From a virus: a DNA stretch of 64,000 nt. The DNA is taken from UHGV virus genome UHGV-1455077. One strand, given 5' to 3'. The notes beneath the pieces were generated by a model. It saw only the letters and a list, made by a program, of their open reading frames with translations. It was not told where the DNA came from and made no database searches. The translations under genes and the position numbers were made by a program. Below are positions 37,144 to 47,747 of the stretch, in pieces (positions within the stretch are counted from its first letter, which is position 1; the number at the start of each line of letters is the position of its first letter).

Positions 37144-37677
37144 TCAATATTTAATGAAGTAATTAACTATTGAAGCAGGTGGTTGAACGGTATTTGATTT
37201 ACCATAAATTGAATTATATGAATTTAAATTACCATTGATAATAATTTTACGTGGAGCATTACTTCCTGTATCAGCACCACCATTAGCATTTTCTATAGCT
37301 CCAGAATCACTTCCTGAAATAGAGCCTGTATTATTTTGTAAGCCAATAAATCTACCGTGGGCTTCTACTAAATAAAATGAACCACTCATATCTACATTTG
37401 GTAAACCAGCTTCAATTTCCTGACCTAAAGATTGATTATCATTTATCATTTGAAGAAATTTACCTTTGTAATTAGGCACATTAAATGTTGTTGTGCCGTC
37501 ACCAAAGCCAAAAGTTGTTCCAATAATTTCAAATAAATCTACATAATCAGTTCTTGATACTTCCTGACCGTCACATAAAAGCCAACCATTTTTATATGTT
37601 CTTAATGAATATGTTAAATCACCTGGTTCAACACCATCATCAATACGATTCATTTTAATTTTTGATATATCAGCCAT
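37144..37677 (-). CDS. phage tail collar domain protein (short fibre/collar-like)
   Basis: WLLCDGQEVSRTDYVDLFEIIGTTFGFGDGTTTFNVPNYKGKF matches the tail collar domain. Confidence 0.7.
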   Translation of the reverse strand: MADISKIKMNRIDDGVEPGDLTYSLRTYKNGWLLCDGQEVSRTDYVDLFEIIGTTFGFGDGTTTFNVPNYKGKFLQMINDNQSLGQEIEAGLPNVDMSGSFYLVEAHGRFIGLQNNTGSISGSDSGAIENANGGADTGSNAPRKIIINGNLNSYNSIYGKSNTVQPPASIVNYFIKY

Positions 37678-37686
37678 ATTAACCCC

Positions 37687-37715
37687 TTTGAAGTTATTTA
37701 ATAAATAACTTCAAA
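37687..37715. promoter_or_regulatory. palindrome TTTGAAGTTATTTAATAAATAACTTCAAA upstream of 37144-37677(-)
   Basis: Same core TATTTAATAAATA with different arms. Confidence 0.5.
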
Positions 37716-37770
37716 CCTTTTTAATGATTCTTCAATGAATAAATATTTGTATAGTTTTAAAGGTTATTAA

Positions 37771-40440
37771 ATGGCTGAAATTTTAGGAAGTAAATTAAAA
37801 ATTAATTCAATTGATATTATCCCTTCTACCATCAATCATAATGATGAATATTTAAAAGTAGCAACGGATGAAACTACTTATGAATATGTTTCTAATCAAG
37901 ATGTTAAAAATGAATTAAATATATCTTATGAAAAAAATGCTGTTGTAAATAAAGGTTATAATAAAACTTACGATTTATCTTTAACTAATTTCTCAACAGG
38001 TTTATTAACATCAAATTATAGTAATGGTTTTGTTATTACAACAAATGGTTCACAATATGATAGTAGTTGGTCAGTATTAAATGCTTTCAATGGAATAATA
38101 TTAGGCGAATGGTATTCCGCAAAAGCTGATAACATTTATCTTCAAATACAAACCCCTGTTCCAATGGCTTATACAGGAATATTGAGAAGGGTTATTGATT
38201 GGTATGATAATGTTAGAGCATTTGAACCTTTAAATTTTGTTGTTGAAGCATCAAATGATGGGCAAACATTTGTTGAAATGTTAAATCAAACAGAAGTATC
38301 ATTAGCACCTGCAAATGTTTATGAATATACTTTTAATGAAAATAAAGTAAAATATTTATATTGGCGTATAAGATACCCAACTGCTGGCGTAACTGGACAA
38401 AGATTTTCATATTGCTTTTTAGGAGAAATTGAACCAAATTTGTTTACTCAAACAGAATATCAGAAAAATAAATTGGTAAAATTAACTCCATTTTGGATGC
38501 AAGAATTAATTACTTATAGAACAACTTATTCAAATGAAAATGGAACTGTATCTGGAAGTGATAATATAACAGAATATAATGCAAACAATCAAATGTGGCA
38601 AGCATTTAGAGGTCGTGTTGATACATCAAATCAAGGTTGGATGTCAGCAAATACTCAAGCAGTCCCTTGTGATTTAATTTATACCCCAACAGAAATTTAT
38701 ACGTCAGGTTATTATTCTTTTTCATTTAGAAAAGGTATTTGGGGTGATACTTGGGGTTATACTCCTACTAATGTTGCGATACTTATTGTTGATGAAAATG
38801 ATGCCGAACACGTAGTATGGCATAGAGTTATGCATTATATTAATCCAGCAACATTTTCAACTGAAATTTTATATATTCCATATAATTTTAAACAAGTTAA
38901 ATGGAGAATAATTTCAAAATATTCAACACACGTTTCAATGGGTTGGTGTCAAGTATTAAAATGTAAAAATGAAAATGAATTTAATGTTGGTACACTTAGA
39001 CAAGATTATAATATCTTTATGGCTAATAAAGGAACAAATTTAAGAGCTGGTGGATATTTTCATAATCCGCATATTGAATTTAATGTTGATGAAAATAATC
39101 CATTAGACGTTACATTTCCTGATAATTCTAAAAAAACATTTACATCATTAAATGCGATAGATATTAAACCTCAAAAAAAATTTCGTTTAATTACTCCAAA
39201 ACATTTAGAATCAGATACATATAATTCAGCAATATTTGGAGAAATTAGTAATAATACAGATTATGTAAATATTGTTCAAGGAACTTGTACAGGAGTTGGT
39301 TCACAATTAGATGCTTCAAGATATTTTTGGAGAGCTATGTGTACTGATGTTAGAACAGCAGATGATTGTTGGCTTACTACAAATAATGGTGCATTAGGTG
39401 GCCCAATTTATAAATGGAATCAAATGAAGCCAAAAGGAAAATATGTATTTAAATTTAATACAGGTTGGTGGAAAGATACTAATGGATATTCTGCATCTGA
39501 AGTTAGAGTTCACGTAAGAAATGGCGATTCAGATGAATGGAAAACTGTTTGGAATGTCGTAAATATACCAGCAACTTATTCAACTTATTGGTGGTCACCA
39601 GTTATTGATATTAATTTTGAATTTAATCAAGTTTATTTTGAAATGGTATCACGAAACCAATCATATCACGGTGGTCTTGCTTGCTGTGCAGTTTTCCAAG
39701 AATGTGATTATGATTATCAAATTGTAACTGGAGTTGCTGAAAAAGAAAGATATTTATTTGAAAGAGCATATCAATATGCATATGATTATCAAGAATCACA
39801 AAACCTTTATTTGAAAAAAGATGGAATAGTATATGGTTTATCAAATAATGTTTATAGACAAGCCGAACAACCAGCAGAACCAGTAGAAAATGATATTTGG
39901 TATGATAATAAACAAGAACCATTAAGAGTATATCAATACAAAAATAATGAATGGATATTATTTAATGATGTATTATTAGGTAACTTTAATTTAATTAATG
40001 GTATGATTCAAACATTTCACGAAAATCCATATAATGATAATGGAACTTATAAAAATTCAGATTGTATTTGGTCAACAGAATTGACATTATCTGATGAAGC
40101 AACTATATTTGATGGCGATGTATTTTCTATTGTTAATTTAATATCAAATGTTTATCATAATTTAAATATTCAAGATACAACTAAGTATAAAGCTGAATGT
40201 TATTTAAAATGCGTTGCTGAAGATTGTGGCTATGAACCAGGTGATATTGGTATGGGTACAGTTGTAATGTTAAGTGATACATTGTTTGCTCAACCAATAC
40301 CATATTTAACAAAAAATACAATTGGTATTTGGACATCTAATTTAAATACTGGTTGGAGAGTAATACATAAATGGTCTGGACAAATTGTTAATGCAAATTG
40401 TAATAATTGGAGATTAGTATTTAAGATAAGGGAATTATAA
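37771..40440 (+). CDS. long tail fibre/receptor-binding protein with a galactose-binding-like (discoidin-type) domain
   Basis: 889 aa. SWSVLNAFNG...YLQI...EASNDGQTFVEM. C-terminal approximately 70 aa shared with 40440-42353 and 42362-44068 (...NWRLVFKIREL). Confidence 0.6.
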   Translation: MAEILGSKLKINSIDIIPSTINHNDEYLKVATDETTYEYVSNQDVKNELNISYEKNAVVNKGYNKTYDLSLTNFSTGLLTSNYSNGFVITTNGSQYDSSWSVLNAFNGIILGEWYSAKADNIYLQIQTPVPMAYTGILRRVIDWYDNVRAFEPLNFVVEASNDGQTFVEMLNQTEVSLAPANVYEYTFNENKVKYLYWRIRYPTAGVTGQRFSYCFLGEIEPNLFTQTEYQKNKLVKLTPFWMQELITYRTTYSNENGTVSGSDNITEYNANNQMWQAFRGRVDTSNQGWMSANTQAVPCDLIYTPTEIYTSGYYSFSFRKGIWGDTWGYTPTNVAILIVDENDAEHVVWHRVMHYINPATFSTEILYIPYNFKQVKWRIISKYSTHVSMGWCQVLKCKNENEFNVGTLRQDYNIFMANKGTNLRAGGYFHNPHIEFNVDENNPLDVTFPDNSKKTFTSLNAIDIKPQKKFRLITPKHLESDTYNSAIFGEISNNTDYVNIVQGTCTGVGSQLDASRYFWRAMCTDVRTADDCWLTTNNGALGGPIYKWNQMKPKGKYVFKFNTGWWKDTNGYSASEVRVHVRNGDSDEWKTVWNVVNIPATYSTYWWSPVIDINFEFNQVYFEMVSRNQSYHGGLACCAVFQECDYDYQIVTGVAEKERYLFERAYQYAYDYQESQNLYLKKDGIVYGLSNNVYRQAEQPAEPVENDIWYDNKQEPLRVYQYKNNEWILFNDVLLGNFNLINGMIQTFHENPYNDNGTYKNSDCIWSTELTLSDEATIFDGDVFSIVNLISNVYHNLNIQDTTKYKAECYLKCVAEDCGYEPGDIGMGTVVMLSDTLFAQPIPYLTKNTIGIWTSNLNTGWRVIHKWSGQIVNANCNNWRLVFKIREL

Positions 40441-42353
40441 TGACACAAGTTAATCCAAAAGTAGAATATGATAATTTAGAAGGATTTCCATCATATGATG
40501 GAAATGAAATTCATTATCTTAAAAGTACAACTGATTTAGTTAATTTAAAAGATGTTTCTGTGAATGAAATTAAAACAGAAATGGATTTTAATAATCCTCA
40601 AAAATTAAATTATAATTATATTCAAGAAGCTCCTGCAAATATTTTACAAGATATTAAAAAAGAAATTTTTACATTTCCTGTAATGACTGCCAACGAAACA
40701 ACTGTTGGAGATATTACTTATATTGCTTCTTCATCATCACAATATAATGATACTTATGCCGCTTGGAAAGCATTTACAGGTACATTTGCGGCAGAAACTG
40801 ATGCTTGGCAATCAGTTGCATTACCAACTGTTGATGCTCCACAATGGCTTAAAATATATTGTGGTGGGCAAGATATTTTTCCATTATATTGGACATTTGG
40901 AAATTGTGGTTCTTATACACGCTCAATGAAAAATTTTGTTATTCAAGGTTCTAATAACGATACTGAATGGACTGATTTAGTAACTGATATTAATTATTCA
41001 AATATAGCTAATGATACATTTTTTGTTTATTCAACTATTAAAAATCAATCATTTAAATATTTTAGAACACTTATTACCACAGGAAATGCAACTGATTTGG
41101 TAAAAATTGGTAATTGGTCAATGATTGGTTATTTAAATTCATCTACTATTACAATTCCATCAAACATTGATGAAAATAATCCATTAAAATATGTAGATGA
41201 TAATGGTACTGTTCATACAATTACAACTCCATTATCTATTAATGTCCAGCCAAATAGTTATACTAATATTGTACCTCATATGAATAGTAATGAAGAACAA
41301 GGTTGGACATTAACAAGTAATAGAATGAATGGATATGCATATGCTCAACCATATTTTATGACAAGTGGAATTAACACGCAAGGTTTTCATTGTAATACCG
41401 CTATTGCTACAAATAACATAAGCTATGTAAGTTATGCTAAAGATACAACATTTACTCCAGTAGCATTTAAAATTAAAAATAGATGGGATTATGGAAGTGG
41501 TATTGCTTATGAAGCAATTATTGGTTTTAATGTTAAAAATGAAAAATCAAATGTTTTATATAGAACTAATCAACATTATCGTTTAGCCCAAAATACTTGG
41601 CAAGAATTTAAATTACAAAGAATTGAACCTTGTACTTCATTTATTATTGAAGCATTTAATAGTGATAATACAAATTCATATCATAATTATGGCAGAGGAT
41701 TTGAAATTTTAGTAGAAGATAATAATGGTACAGATTTCTTAGAATGGAGTACATCATATATCTTTTTAAATACTACAACTAATCAATTGATTGAAGAAAA
41801 AGGTAAATTTACTATTTCGCAAATAATTCCAGCAACTCCTAAAAATAATGACCTTTGGTTAAGTATTTTAGATAAGAGCAGAGTTTATAAATTTGATGGT
41901 ACAAATTGGAATTTAACAACATATATACCCATTGCTATGATTGTATTTAATTATTATCAAATAGCAAAGGTATATAACTATCCAATAAATGCTAACTGGT
42001 ATGATTTAACAACTAAATCTATGTGGAAATCTGCGGAATTAATGCCTGCAACAAATGCGTGGATAATGTATCCTCATAATCAACAAATGCAAAATATTAA
42101 AAATAAATTTTATGACGTAATATTAATTAATAAAGTTGCTGAATTTGGCTATGAACCAGGTGATATTGCTGAAGGAATTTCTATGGATTATGTTGCAACA
42201 GATAATCGTTATCCAATGATTTATTTAGATGATGAATTAATTGGTATTCATACTGGAACTTTAAATACAGGTATTTCAATACTACAAAAAAATAGTTCAA
42301 CTGAACAATATATTACATTAGCTAATTGGCGTTTAATATTTAGAATATGGTAA
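40440..42353 (+). CDS. tail fibre/receptor-binding protein paralog
   Basis: 637 aa; discoidin-like segment AWKAFTG...PQWLKIY...; C-terminus ...NWRLIFRIW. Confidence 0.6.
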   Translation: MTQVNPKVEYDNLEGFPSYDGNEIHYLKSTTDLVNLKDVSVNEIKTEMDFNNPQKLNYNYIQEAPANILQDIKKEIFTFPVMTANETTVGDITYIASSSSQYNDTYAAWKAFTGTFAAETDAWQSVALPTVDAPQWLKIYCGGQDIFPLYWTFGNCGSYTRSMKNFVIQGSNNDTEWTDLVTDINYSNIANDTFFVYSTIKNQSFKYFRTLITTGNATDLVKIGNWSMIGYLNSSTITIPSNIDENNPLKYVDDNGTVHTITTPLSINVQPNSYTNIVPHMNSNEEQGWTLTSNRMNGYAYAQPYFMTSGINTQGFHCNTAIATNNISYVSYAKDTTFTPVAFKIKNRWDYGSGIAYEAIIGFNVKNEKSNVLYRTNQHYRLAQNTWQEFKLQRIEPCTSFIIEAFNSDNTNSYHNYGRGFEILVEDNNGTDFLEWSTSYIFLNTTTNQLIEEKGKFTISQIIPATPKNNDLWLSILDKSRVYKFDGTNWNLTTYIPIAMIVFNYYQIAKVYNYPINANWYDLTTKSMWKSAELMPATNAWIMYPHNQQMQNIKNKFYDVILINKVAEFGYEPGDIAEGISMDYVATDNRYPMIYLDDELIGIHTGTLNTGISILQKNSSTEQYITLANWRLIFRIW

Positions 42354-42361
42354 GGTAAAAA

Positions 42362-44068
42362 ATGGCAAATAAAACAAGTTATAAAAATGTTGAAGGATTA
42401 GTACCATTACAAAATAATGGTGGTAAATTTATTGGTATAAAAAATAACCAATTACAAGCAGTATCTAATATGGAATTATTAGATGCATTTAATATTAGTC
42501 AACGAGTACCATTTAGTAAAAATGCTTGTTCTAATAATTTTATTAAACCATATGGAATTATTTCAAGTGGTAATGAAATAACTTTATATCCTATGAAATT
42601 AATGGATTCAACAAATACAGTAGAAATAAATTTAACACAGACATTAACAAAAAATATGAATTTATTTGCTGAAGGTAATAATCAGGGTTGTAAAGATAAT
42701 TCTTACACAAAATGGCAACAACCGATTATGACTGGTGAATATGCTCCAATGGGTCGTTGCTATCAATCTCAAGGAACTATGACTTCTGCACCTTATATGG
42801 CTATGGATGGTATTATAGATTCTCCATTAAATCAATGGTTAGCATCAACAATTAATTCAACTTGGATTTATGTTAATCCTAATCCAATTATTGTCGAATC
42901 ATTATATTTACATAATACTAATACTATAAACAGAAGTAGAGATTTGGATATTTTTGTCAATGAAAATATTGAAGATAAAATATTATCTGATTATGTATGT
43001 TCTCCTGATATATACGATGTCAATTATGTTAATATACCTTATGAAAATCGTAAAGAATCAACATCTATTGGTATATTAGTTAAAACTGCATTTGTTGGCA
43101 CAACAGTTGGATTTACTGAAATTGAAATTAATGCAAAAACAAAATATGTTCAGCCAAAAACATATTATAATGTATTTTTAATTATGAATGAAGATAAAAC
43201 TAAAGTAGATTTTATTATTTCATCAGATGCAAAACCAATAATGCCAACTGGATTTGAGAATGGTTTTTATGCATATGTTAAACAAGTTCAAACTGATATA
43301 ATTTATACAGTATTTGAAACTTCTTTAGGAGATGGATTAGTTTTTGATTTATCTCGTGATTTAATTATTACTAATTGTAACAACCAAACATCTATAATTA
43401 CAAATGAATTACCAATATTAAAATTTAATGATACTGATTTAACAAAAGAAATAATTCATACTGTTTATTGTAAAATGGATGGTACAGTATATGATAGAAC
43501 ATCAAAATTTTATAAAAATATTGATAATTTACCAGTAGCCACAGAAGTTGGTGAAGTAGCATTTGTTACAAGTAAATATGCTGATGGTAAAGCATTTGAA
43601 TGGAATGGTGAAAGTTGGGTAGAATTTAATGATGTTCCTTTATGTGAAGTTTATAGATATAATAATAAAACAATAGCTATAAATCAATTTCCTTGTAATA
43701 ATAATTTTTATATTAATGCTATTCAAAATAATGTATGGATTCATAAAGAAACATTGAAATTAGGTTATAATTATATTATTCCCCATAATTTAAATATTGA
43801 AGACATTACAGATTATAAATTTGATTGCCAACTTTTATGTGTAAATGCAGATGCAGGATATATGGCAGGAGAAATAGCTATGTGTCCAACACGTTTATTT
43901 AATACTTCTAATAATATTAAAAATATTCAACCTTATTTAACTAAAAACTATATTGGTTTAATGTCAGGAACTGTTAATGCTGGTTTTTGGGTTGTACATA
44001 AAACAAGAGGTTATGCGTGGGATATTAATATAAACAAATGGCAACTTGTGTTTAGGATTTGGAAATAA
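42362..44068 (+). CDS. tail fibre/receptor-binding protein paralog
   Basis: 568 aa; C-terminus ...KWQLVFRIWK. Confidence 0.55.
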   Translation: MANKTSYKNVEGLVPLQNNGGKFIGIKNNQLQAVSNMELLDAFNISQRVPFSKNACSNNFIKPYGIISSGNEITLYPMKLMDSTNTVEINLTQTLTKNMNLFAEGNNQGCKDNSYTKWQQPIMTGEYAPMGRCYQSQGTMTSAPYMAMDGIIDSPLNQWLASTINSTWIYVNPNPIIVESLYLHNTNTINRSRDLDIFVNENIEDKILSDYVCSPDIYDVNYVNIPYENRKESTSIGILVKTAFVGTTVGFTEIEINAKTKYVQPKTYYNVFLIMNEDKTKVDFIISSDAKPIMPTGFENGFYAYVKQVQTDIIYTVFETSLGDGLVFDLSRDLIITNCNNQTSIITNELPILKFNDTDLTKEIIHTVYCKMDGTVYDRTSKFYKNIDNLPVATEVGEVAFVTSKYADGKAFEWNGESWVEFNDVPLCEVYRYNNKTIAINQFPCNNNFYINAIQNNVWIHKETLKLGYNYIIPHNLNIEDITDYKFDCQLLCVNADAGYMAGEIAMCPTRLFNTSNNIKNIQPYLTKNYIGLMSGTVNAGFWVVHKTRGYAWDININKWQLVFRIWK

Positions 44069-44101
44069 TAAATATTCTATATAAGAAATGAAGGAAATTT
44101 A

Positions 44102-44833
44102 ATGTCTACAATTTATGATATAGCTGGTACAACATCTGATGCTTTTAATCTTAATGGTAAAGTAACTTTCTTACAAGGTGATGAAGCTCCAGAAGTATAT
44201 CAAGGTATTAATGGAGATGTTTATTTTAGAACAAATGGTTTAATTTATTCTAAACAAAATAATACTTGGTTAAACTTATCATCTGCATCTTTACCTGATG
44301 CCGCTTCTGGTGCAGGAAAATTTATTATGTCAAATGGACAGAACTATGAATTTGCTGAAATACCTGTTCAAGATATTGCATCTAAAACAGAAGATAATGT
44401 ATGGTCAGGTAATAATACATTTACAGGTACAATAAATGGTATTTCAATGGGTTCATATTGGGGTGACTTAGCAGAATATTATGAATCTGATAATGAATAT
44501 CCTAAAGGAACTTTAGTTAAATTTGGTGGTGAAAAAGAAATTACTATTGCAGATGATACTGTTAATGCTGTTATTACATCTAATCCAGGTTTTATATTAA
44601 ATATGGGAATGAATAAAAAAACTCGTCAAGCAATTGCATTAGTTGGTCGTGTTCCTGTAAGAGTTATTGGTAAATGTAATAAATTTGATTATTTAACATT
44701 ATCTGATGTTCCTGGTATTGCAAGAGCATTGGAACAAAATGAATTTCCAATGAATGTTATTGCAAGAGCGTTAGAAAATAAAGATGAAATTAAAGAAGAT
44801 TTAGTTCTTTGTGTGGTCAAACTTGACTTATAA
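44102..44833 (+). CDS. tail-fibre-associated structural protein (hypothetical)
   Basis: ORF in the fibre operon. Confidence 0.4.
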   Translation: MSTIYDIAGTTSDAFNLNGKVTFLQGDEAPEVYQGINGDVYFRTNGLIYSKQNNTWLNLSSASLPDAASGAGKFIMSNGQNYEFAEIPVQDIASKTEDNVWSGNNTFTGTINGISMGSYWGDLAEYYESDNEYPKGTLVKFGGEKEITIADDTVNAVITSNPGFILNMGMNKKTRQAIALVGRVPVRVIGKCNKFDYLTLSDVPGIARALEQNEFPMNVIARALENKDEIKEDLVLCVVKLDL

Positions 44834-44858
44834 ATATGATTATTGAAAACTAATTAAA

Positions 44859-44892
44859 AATCTCTTATGATGAATACCATAAGAGATTTTTT
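44859..44892 (+). terminator. rho-independent terminator
   Basis: AATCTCTTATGatgaataccATAAGAGATTTTTT. Confidence 0.65.
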
Positions 44893-44912
44893 ATAATAAA
44901 TAGTTAATATAA

Positions 44913-45635
44913 ATGGAGAAAATAATGGTAGAGTTTTCATACGATTTAATAAAAACAAATAAAGTAGAAAGAAATGATGAAAATGGTAAAAAAATTATTG
45001 AATTATTACCACAAACAGATATTACATCAGACGAATTATTAGAATTATTAAATTATGTTTATAATTTAGAAAATAATGAAGAATTTAAAGATACAATTCT
45101 TTTACAATTAAAAGGCTTAAACAAAAATCTTTTAATTGATGCCTTTAAATATTCATTATCAAGAGAAGATTTAAAAGACCCAATAATGATTTTAAATATT
45201 ATTAATCTTATTAAAATTTATAATAATTTAAATGATAATTTCTTTCAAGATGAAAACATTTATATTTCTTCAAAAGCTGATTTATTAGATATTAAGAAAA
45301 ATTTGAAACCTGAATTAAAAGAATTTGTAAAGAAAGTTAGTATTTACTTTTTATCAGTTATTAAATCATATAATAAAGTAACTTATACTTCACTTGATAC
45401 TTTTGAAATATTACCTAATATTTACAGAACTATCTTTTTATCATCAGACTTTTTAACATTATCAGGTATTTTTTCAGTTTCAGAACCATTTAATACAGAA
45501 GAATGTGTAACAATCAAAGATTCTTTTACTTATGTGTCGGCATTTTTAACAAAGAATTTAATTGGATTAAATTTTATGGATTCATTCTTCAAAAATTTAG
45601 AACAAAATAAACCTATTGAAAATAAGGAAGAATAA
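44913..45635 (+). CDS. hypothetical protein
   Basis: ORF. Confidence 0.35.
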   Translation: MEKIMVEFSYDLIKTNKVERNDENGKKIIELLPQTDITSDELLELLNYVYNLENNEEFKDTILLQLKGLNKNLLIDAFKYSLSREDLKDPIMILNIINLIKIYNNLNDNFFQDENIYISSKADLLDIKKNLKPELKEFVKKVSIYFLSVIKSYNKVTYTSLDTFEILPNIYRTIFLSSDFLTLSGIFSVSEPFNTEECVTIKDSFTYVSAFLTKNLIGLNFMDSFFKNLEQNKPIENKEE

Positions 45636-46282
45636 TGGCTGTACAAAAAGGTGAATTAATTGTATATCAGGATTTAATTGATTTTGTATTAACAAATATT
45701 AAATCACATTGTTCAAATATTGATGCATTTGCAAGTAATGTTCCTGTATCTTTAAGAAATGGGTCAAGTTATGTATTAGCATCTACACCTGGTGGTAATG
45801 GAACTGTTACAGCCACAGGTACAGTTAATGATGGTTTATTAGTTACCGTTTCAAGTGCAACTGTTGAACAACAATTAAATGATTTTTTAGTTGCTAGAGG
45901 TATTAAAAATAAACCTGATAGAGTTGTAGCATTTAAAGATATTATGAATTTTTACAATAATATTGCTTCATTTTTAGCTACAAAATTAATGTTTGTAAGT
46001 AATAGTTTTGGTAGTGGTACTTTTATTTTTTATAATAGTGCAAATACATCATTTCCTTCTGTTAATTTAGATATTACAAGTATTGATTTTACTAATCCAG
46101 AAGTTAAAACAAGTATAACTGATTTAATGAACGCAATTAATAATGTTTCAAATACACATTATGCCGCTACAACTATTGTTTATACTTGTTCATCAAGTAG
46201 TTCATCTAGTTGTTCTTCATCAAGTAGTTCATCTAGTTGTTCTTCATCAAGTTCAATGTTTATTGCATATATGGATATATAA
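45635..46282 (+). CDS. hypothetical protein with a Ser/Cys-repeat C-terminal tail (SSSSSSSCSSSSSSSSCSSSSS)
   Basis: Tail encoded by a 27-bp tandem repeat; paralog of the next gene. Confidence 0.45.
   Translation: MAVQKGELIVYQDLIDFVLTNIKSHCSNIDAFASNVPVSLRNGSSYVLASTPGGNGTVTATGTVNDGLLVTVSSATVEQQLNDFLVARGIKNKPDRVVAFKDIMNFYNNIASFLATKLMFVSNSFGSGTFIFYNSANTSFPSVNLDITSIDFTNPEVKTSITDLMNAINNVSNTHYAATTIVYTCSSSSSSSCSSSSSSSSCSSSSSMFIAYMDI
46187..46253 (+). repeat. 27-bp tandem direct repeat (about 2.4 copies) encoding the Ser/Cys-rich tail
   Basis: TCATCAAGTAGTTCATCTAGTTGTTCT repeated. Confidence 0.6.
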
Positions 46283-46833
46283 TGGCTATACAAAATATTA
46301 CATATAATGAAATTGTTGAAGCAGTTAAAAATTATGCAAAAAGTAACTGTATGAATATTGCTAATTTTGGAGCTATTCCAGCGGCATTTAAAGCAGGATA
46401 TTCTTTATCAGGAGATATTAGTTCATCGGGAAATAGATATACATCTAAATATGTTGTTACAATTACTAGAGCTGTTTCGCAAGTAGCTTCAAGTGTAGTT
46501 GATACAGATATGAATAATTTTTTAACAAGCATAAATGTTGCTAATAAATTAAATGACAATATTCCTGCAAGTGAATTTATTAATTTTATAAATGATATGG
46601 TAAGTTTTTGTTCAACAAAATTATGTTTTGCTACCAGTCAATATGATGGCAATAGATATTTAATTTATTATACAGCAAATACTTCTTATTCATCAGTAGT
46701 TTCTATTACAACAAATAATCAATTAAAACTTATTGAAGCAAGTGATGTTAATTCAATCTTAAATATGCTTTTTAATGTTGTCAAACAAAATATTAGAAAT
46801 GTACCTTGTACATATAATATTGCATTATCTTAA
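46282..46833 (+). CDS. paralog of 45635-46282 lacking the Ser/Cys tail. Start moved to MAIQNIT
   Basis: Shares NDFL..., F(C/L)ATKL..., YY(T/N)ANTS(Y/F) blocks with the upstream gene; TAATG start/stop overlap. Confidence 0.45.
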   Translation: MAIQNITYNEIVEAVKNYAKSNCMNIANFGAIPAAFKAGYSLSGDISSSGNRYTSKYVVTITRAVSQVASSVVDTDMNNFLTSINVANKLNDNIPASEFINFINDMVSFCSTKLCFATSQYDGNRYLIYYTANTSYSSVVSITTNNQLKLIEASDVNSILNMLFNVVKQNIRNVPCTYNIALS

Positions 46834-46880
46834 TTTTTTTAATATAATTATTTCCATAAACTATTTTAAGGATATTTTTT

Positions 46881-47747
46881 ATGAATTGTAAGCCTGTATA
46901 CGAATTTTTATTATGGGATAATTGTAATAATAATTGTAAATTCTGTTGGCAACGAGAAAATCCAAGAATTTTTAATAAACAACAACGAGAAAAAATATTA
47001 AATAATGTAATTAAATTTATTGAAAGTAGTAAATTTAAAAAAGGCAGTCATATTCTTATCGTTGGTGGAGAAATATTTGATAAACCTTCTGATTTTGAAA
47101 TGCTCGATGCTTTCTTTTGTAAAATTCTTGAATTTATGATTGCTGGAGTAATTGATTTATTATATATTAATACAAATCTTATCTATAAAGATTTAACTGG
47201 TATTGTCCGCTTATTACAAAGAATAAAAATATTAAATTTATTTGATAAATTAAGATTTACAACTTCTTATGATACAGAAGGAAGATTCAAATCATTAGAA
47301 GATAAAGATTTAATGTTATCTAATTTAAAACTTCTTACAGGTATATATGATAAACTACAAACAGTTACAAATGTAATTTTAACTAAACCAACTTGCCAAG
47401 CAATTATTAATAAAGAATTTAGTATTAAAGACTTTATGAATAATTTTAATTGCTGGGTTAATCTTATTCCGTATATTGTATTAAATAATGATTTGACGGC
47501 TAACAGAGAAGAAATATTTAATGCTTTGCAATTTGTTGATGAAGAAAATAATGGATATTTACAAAAATACATTACTAATTTGGATTTAGCTCAAGATAAA
47601 TTATTATATATGTTTAAAGATGGTAGATTTCAATTTTGTAGTTGTGAAAATGCAGATTGTGGACATTCAATCAATTTTAAAAAATATTCTAATACTAATG
47701 AATGTTTTATATGTGATTTAAAGGAATTATTTAATGGAAAACTTTAA
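46881..47747 (+). CDS. radical SAM enzyme paralog 1
   Basis: N-terminal WDNCNNNCKFC (Cx3Cx2C), GGEIF motif, SYDTEGRF, C-terminal CGHS...CFICD. Confidence 0.65.
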   Translation: MNCKPVYEFLLWDNCNNNCKFCWQRENPRIFNKQQREKILNNVIKFIESSKFKKGSHILIVGGEIFDKPSDFEMLDAFFCKILEFMIAGVIDLLYINTNLIYKDLTGIVRLLQRIKILNLFDKLRFTTSYDTEGRFKSLEDKDLMLSNLKLLTGIYDKLQTVTNVILTKPTCQAIINKEFSIKDFMNNFNCWVNLIPYIVLNNDLTANREEIFNALQFVDEENNGYLQKYITNLDLAQDKLLYMFKDGRFQFCSCENADCGHSINFKKYSNTNECFICDLKELFNGKL

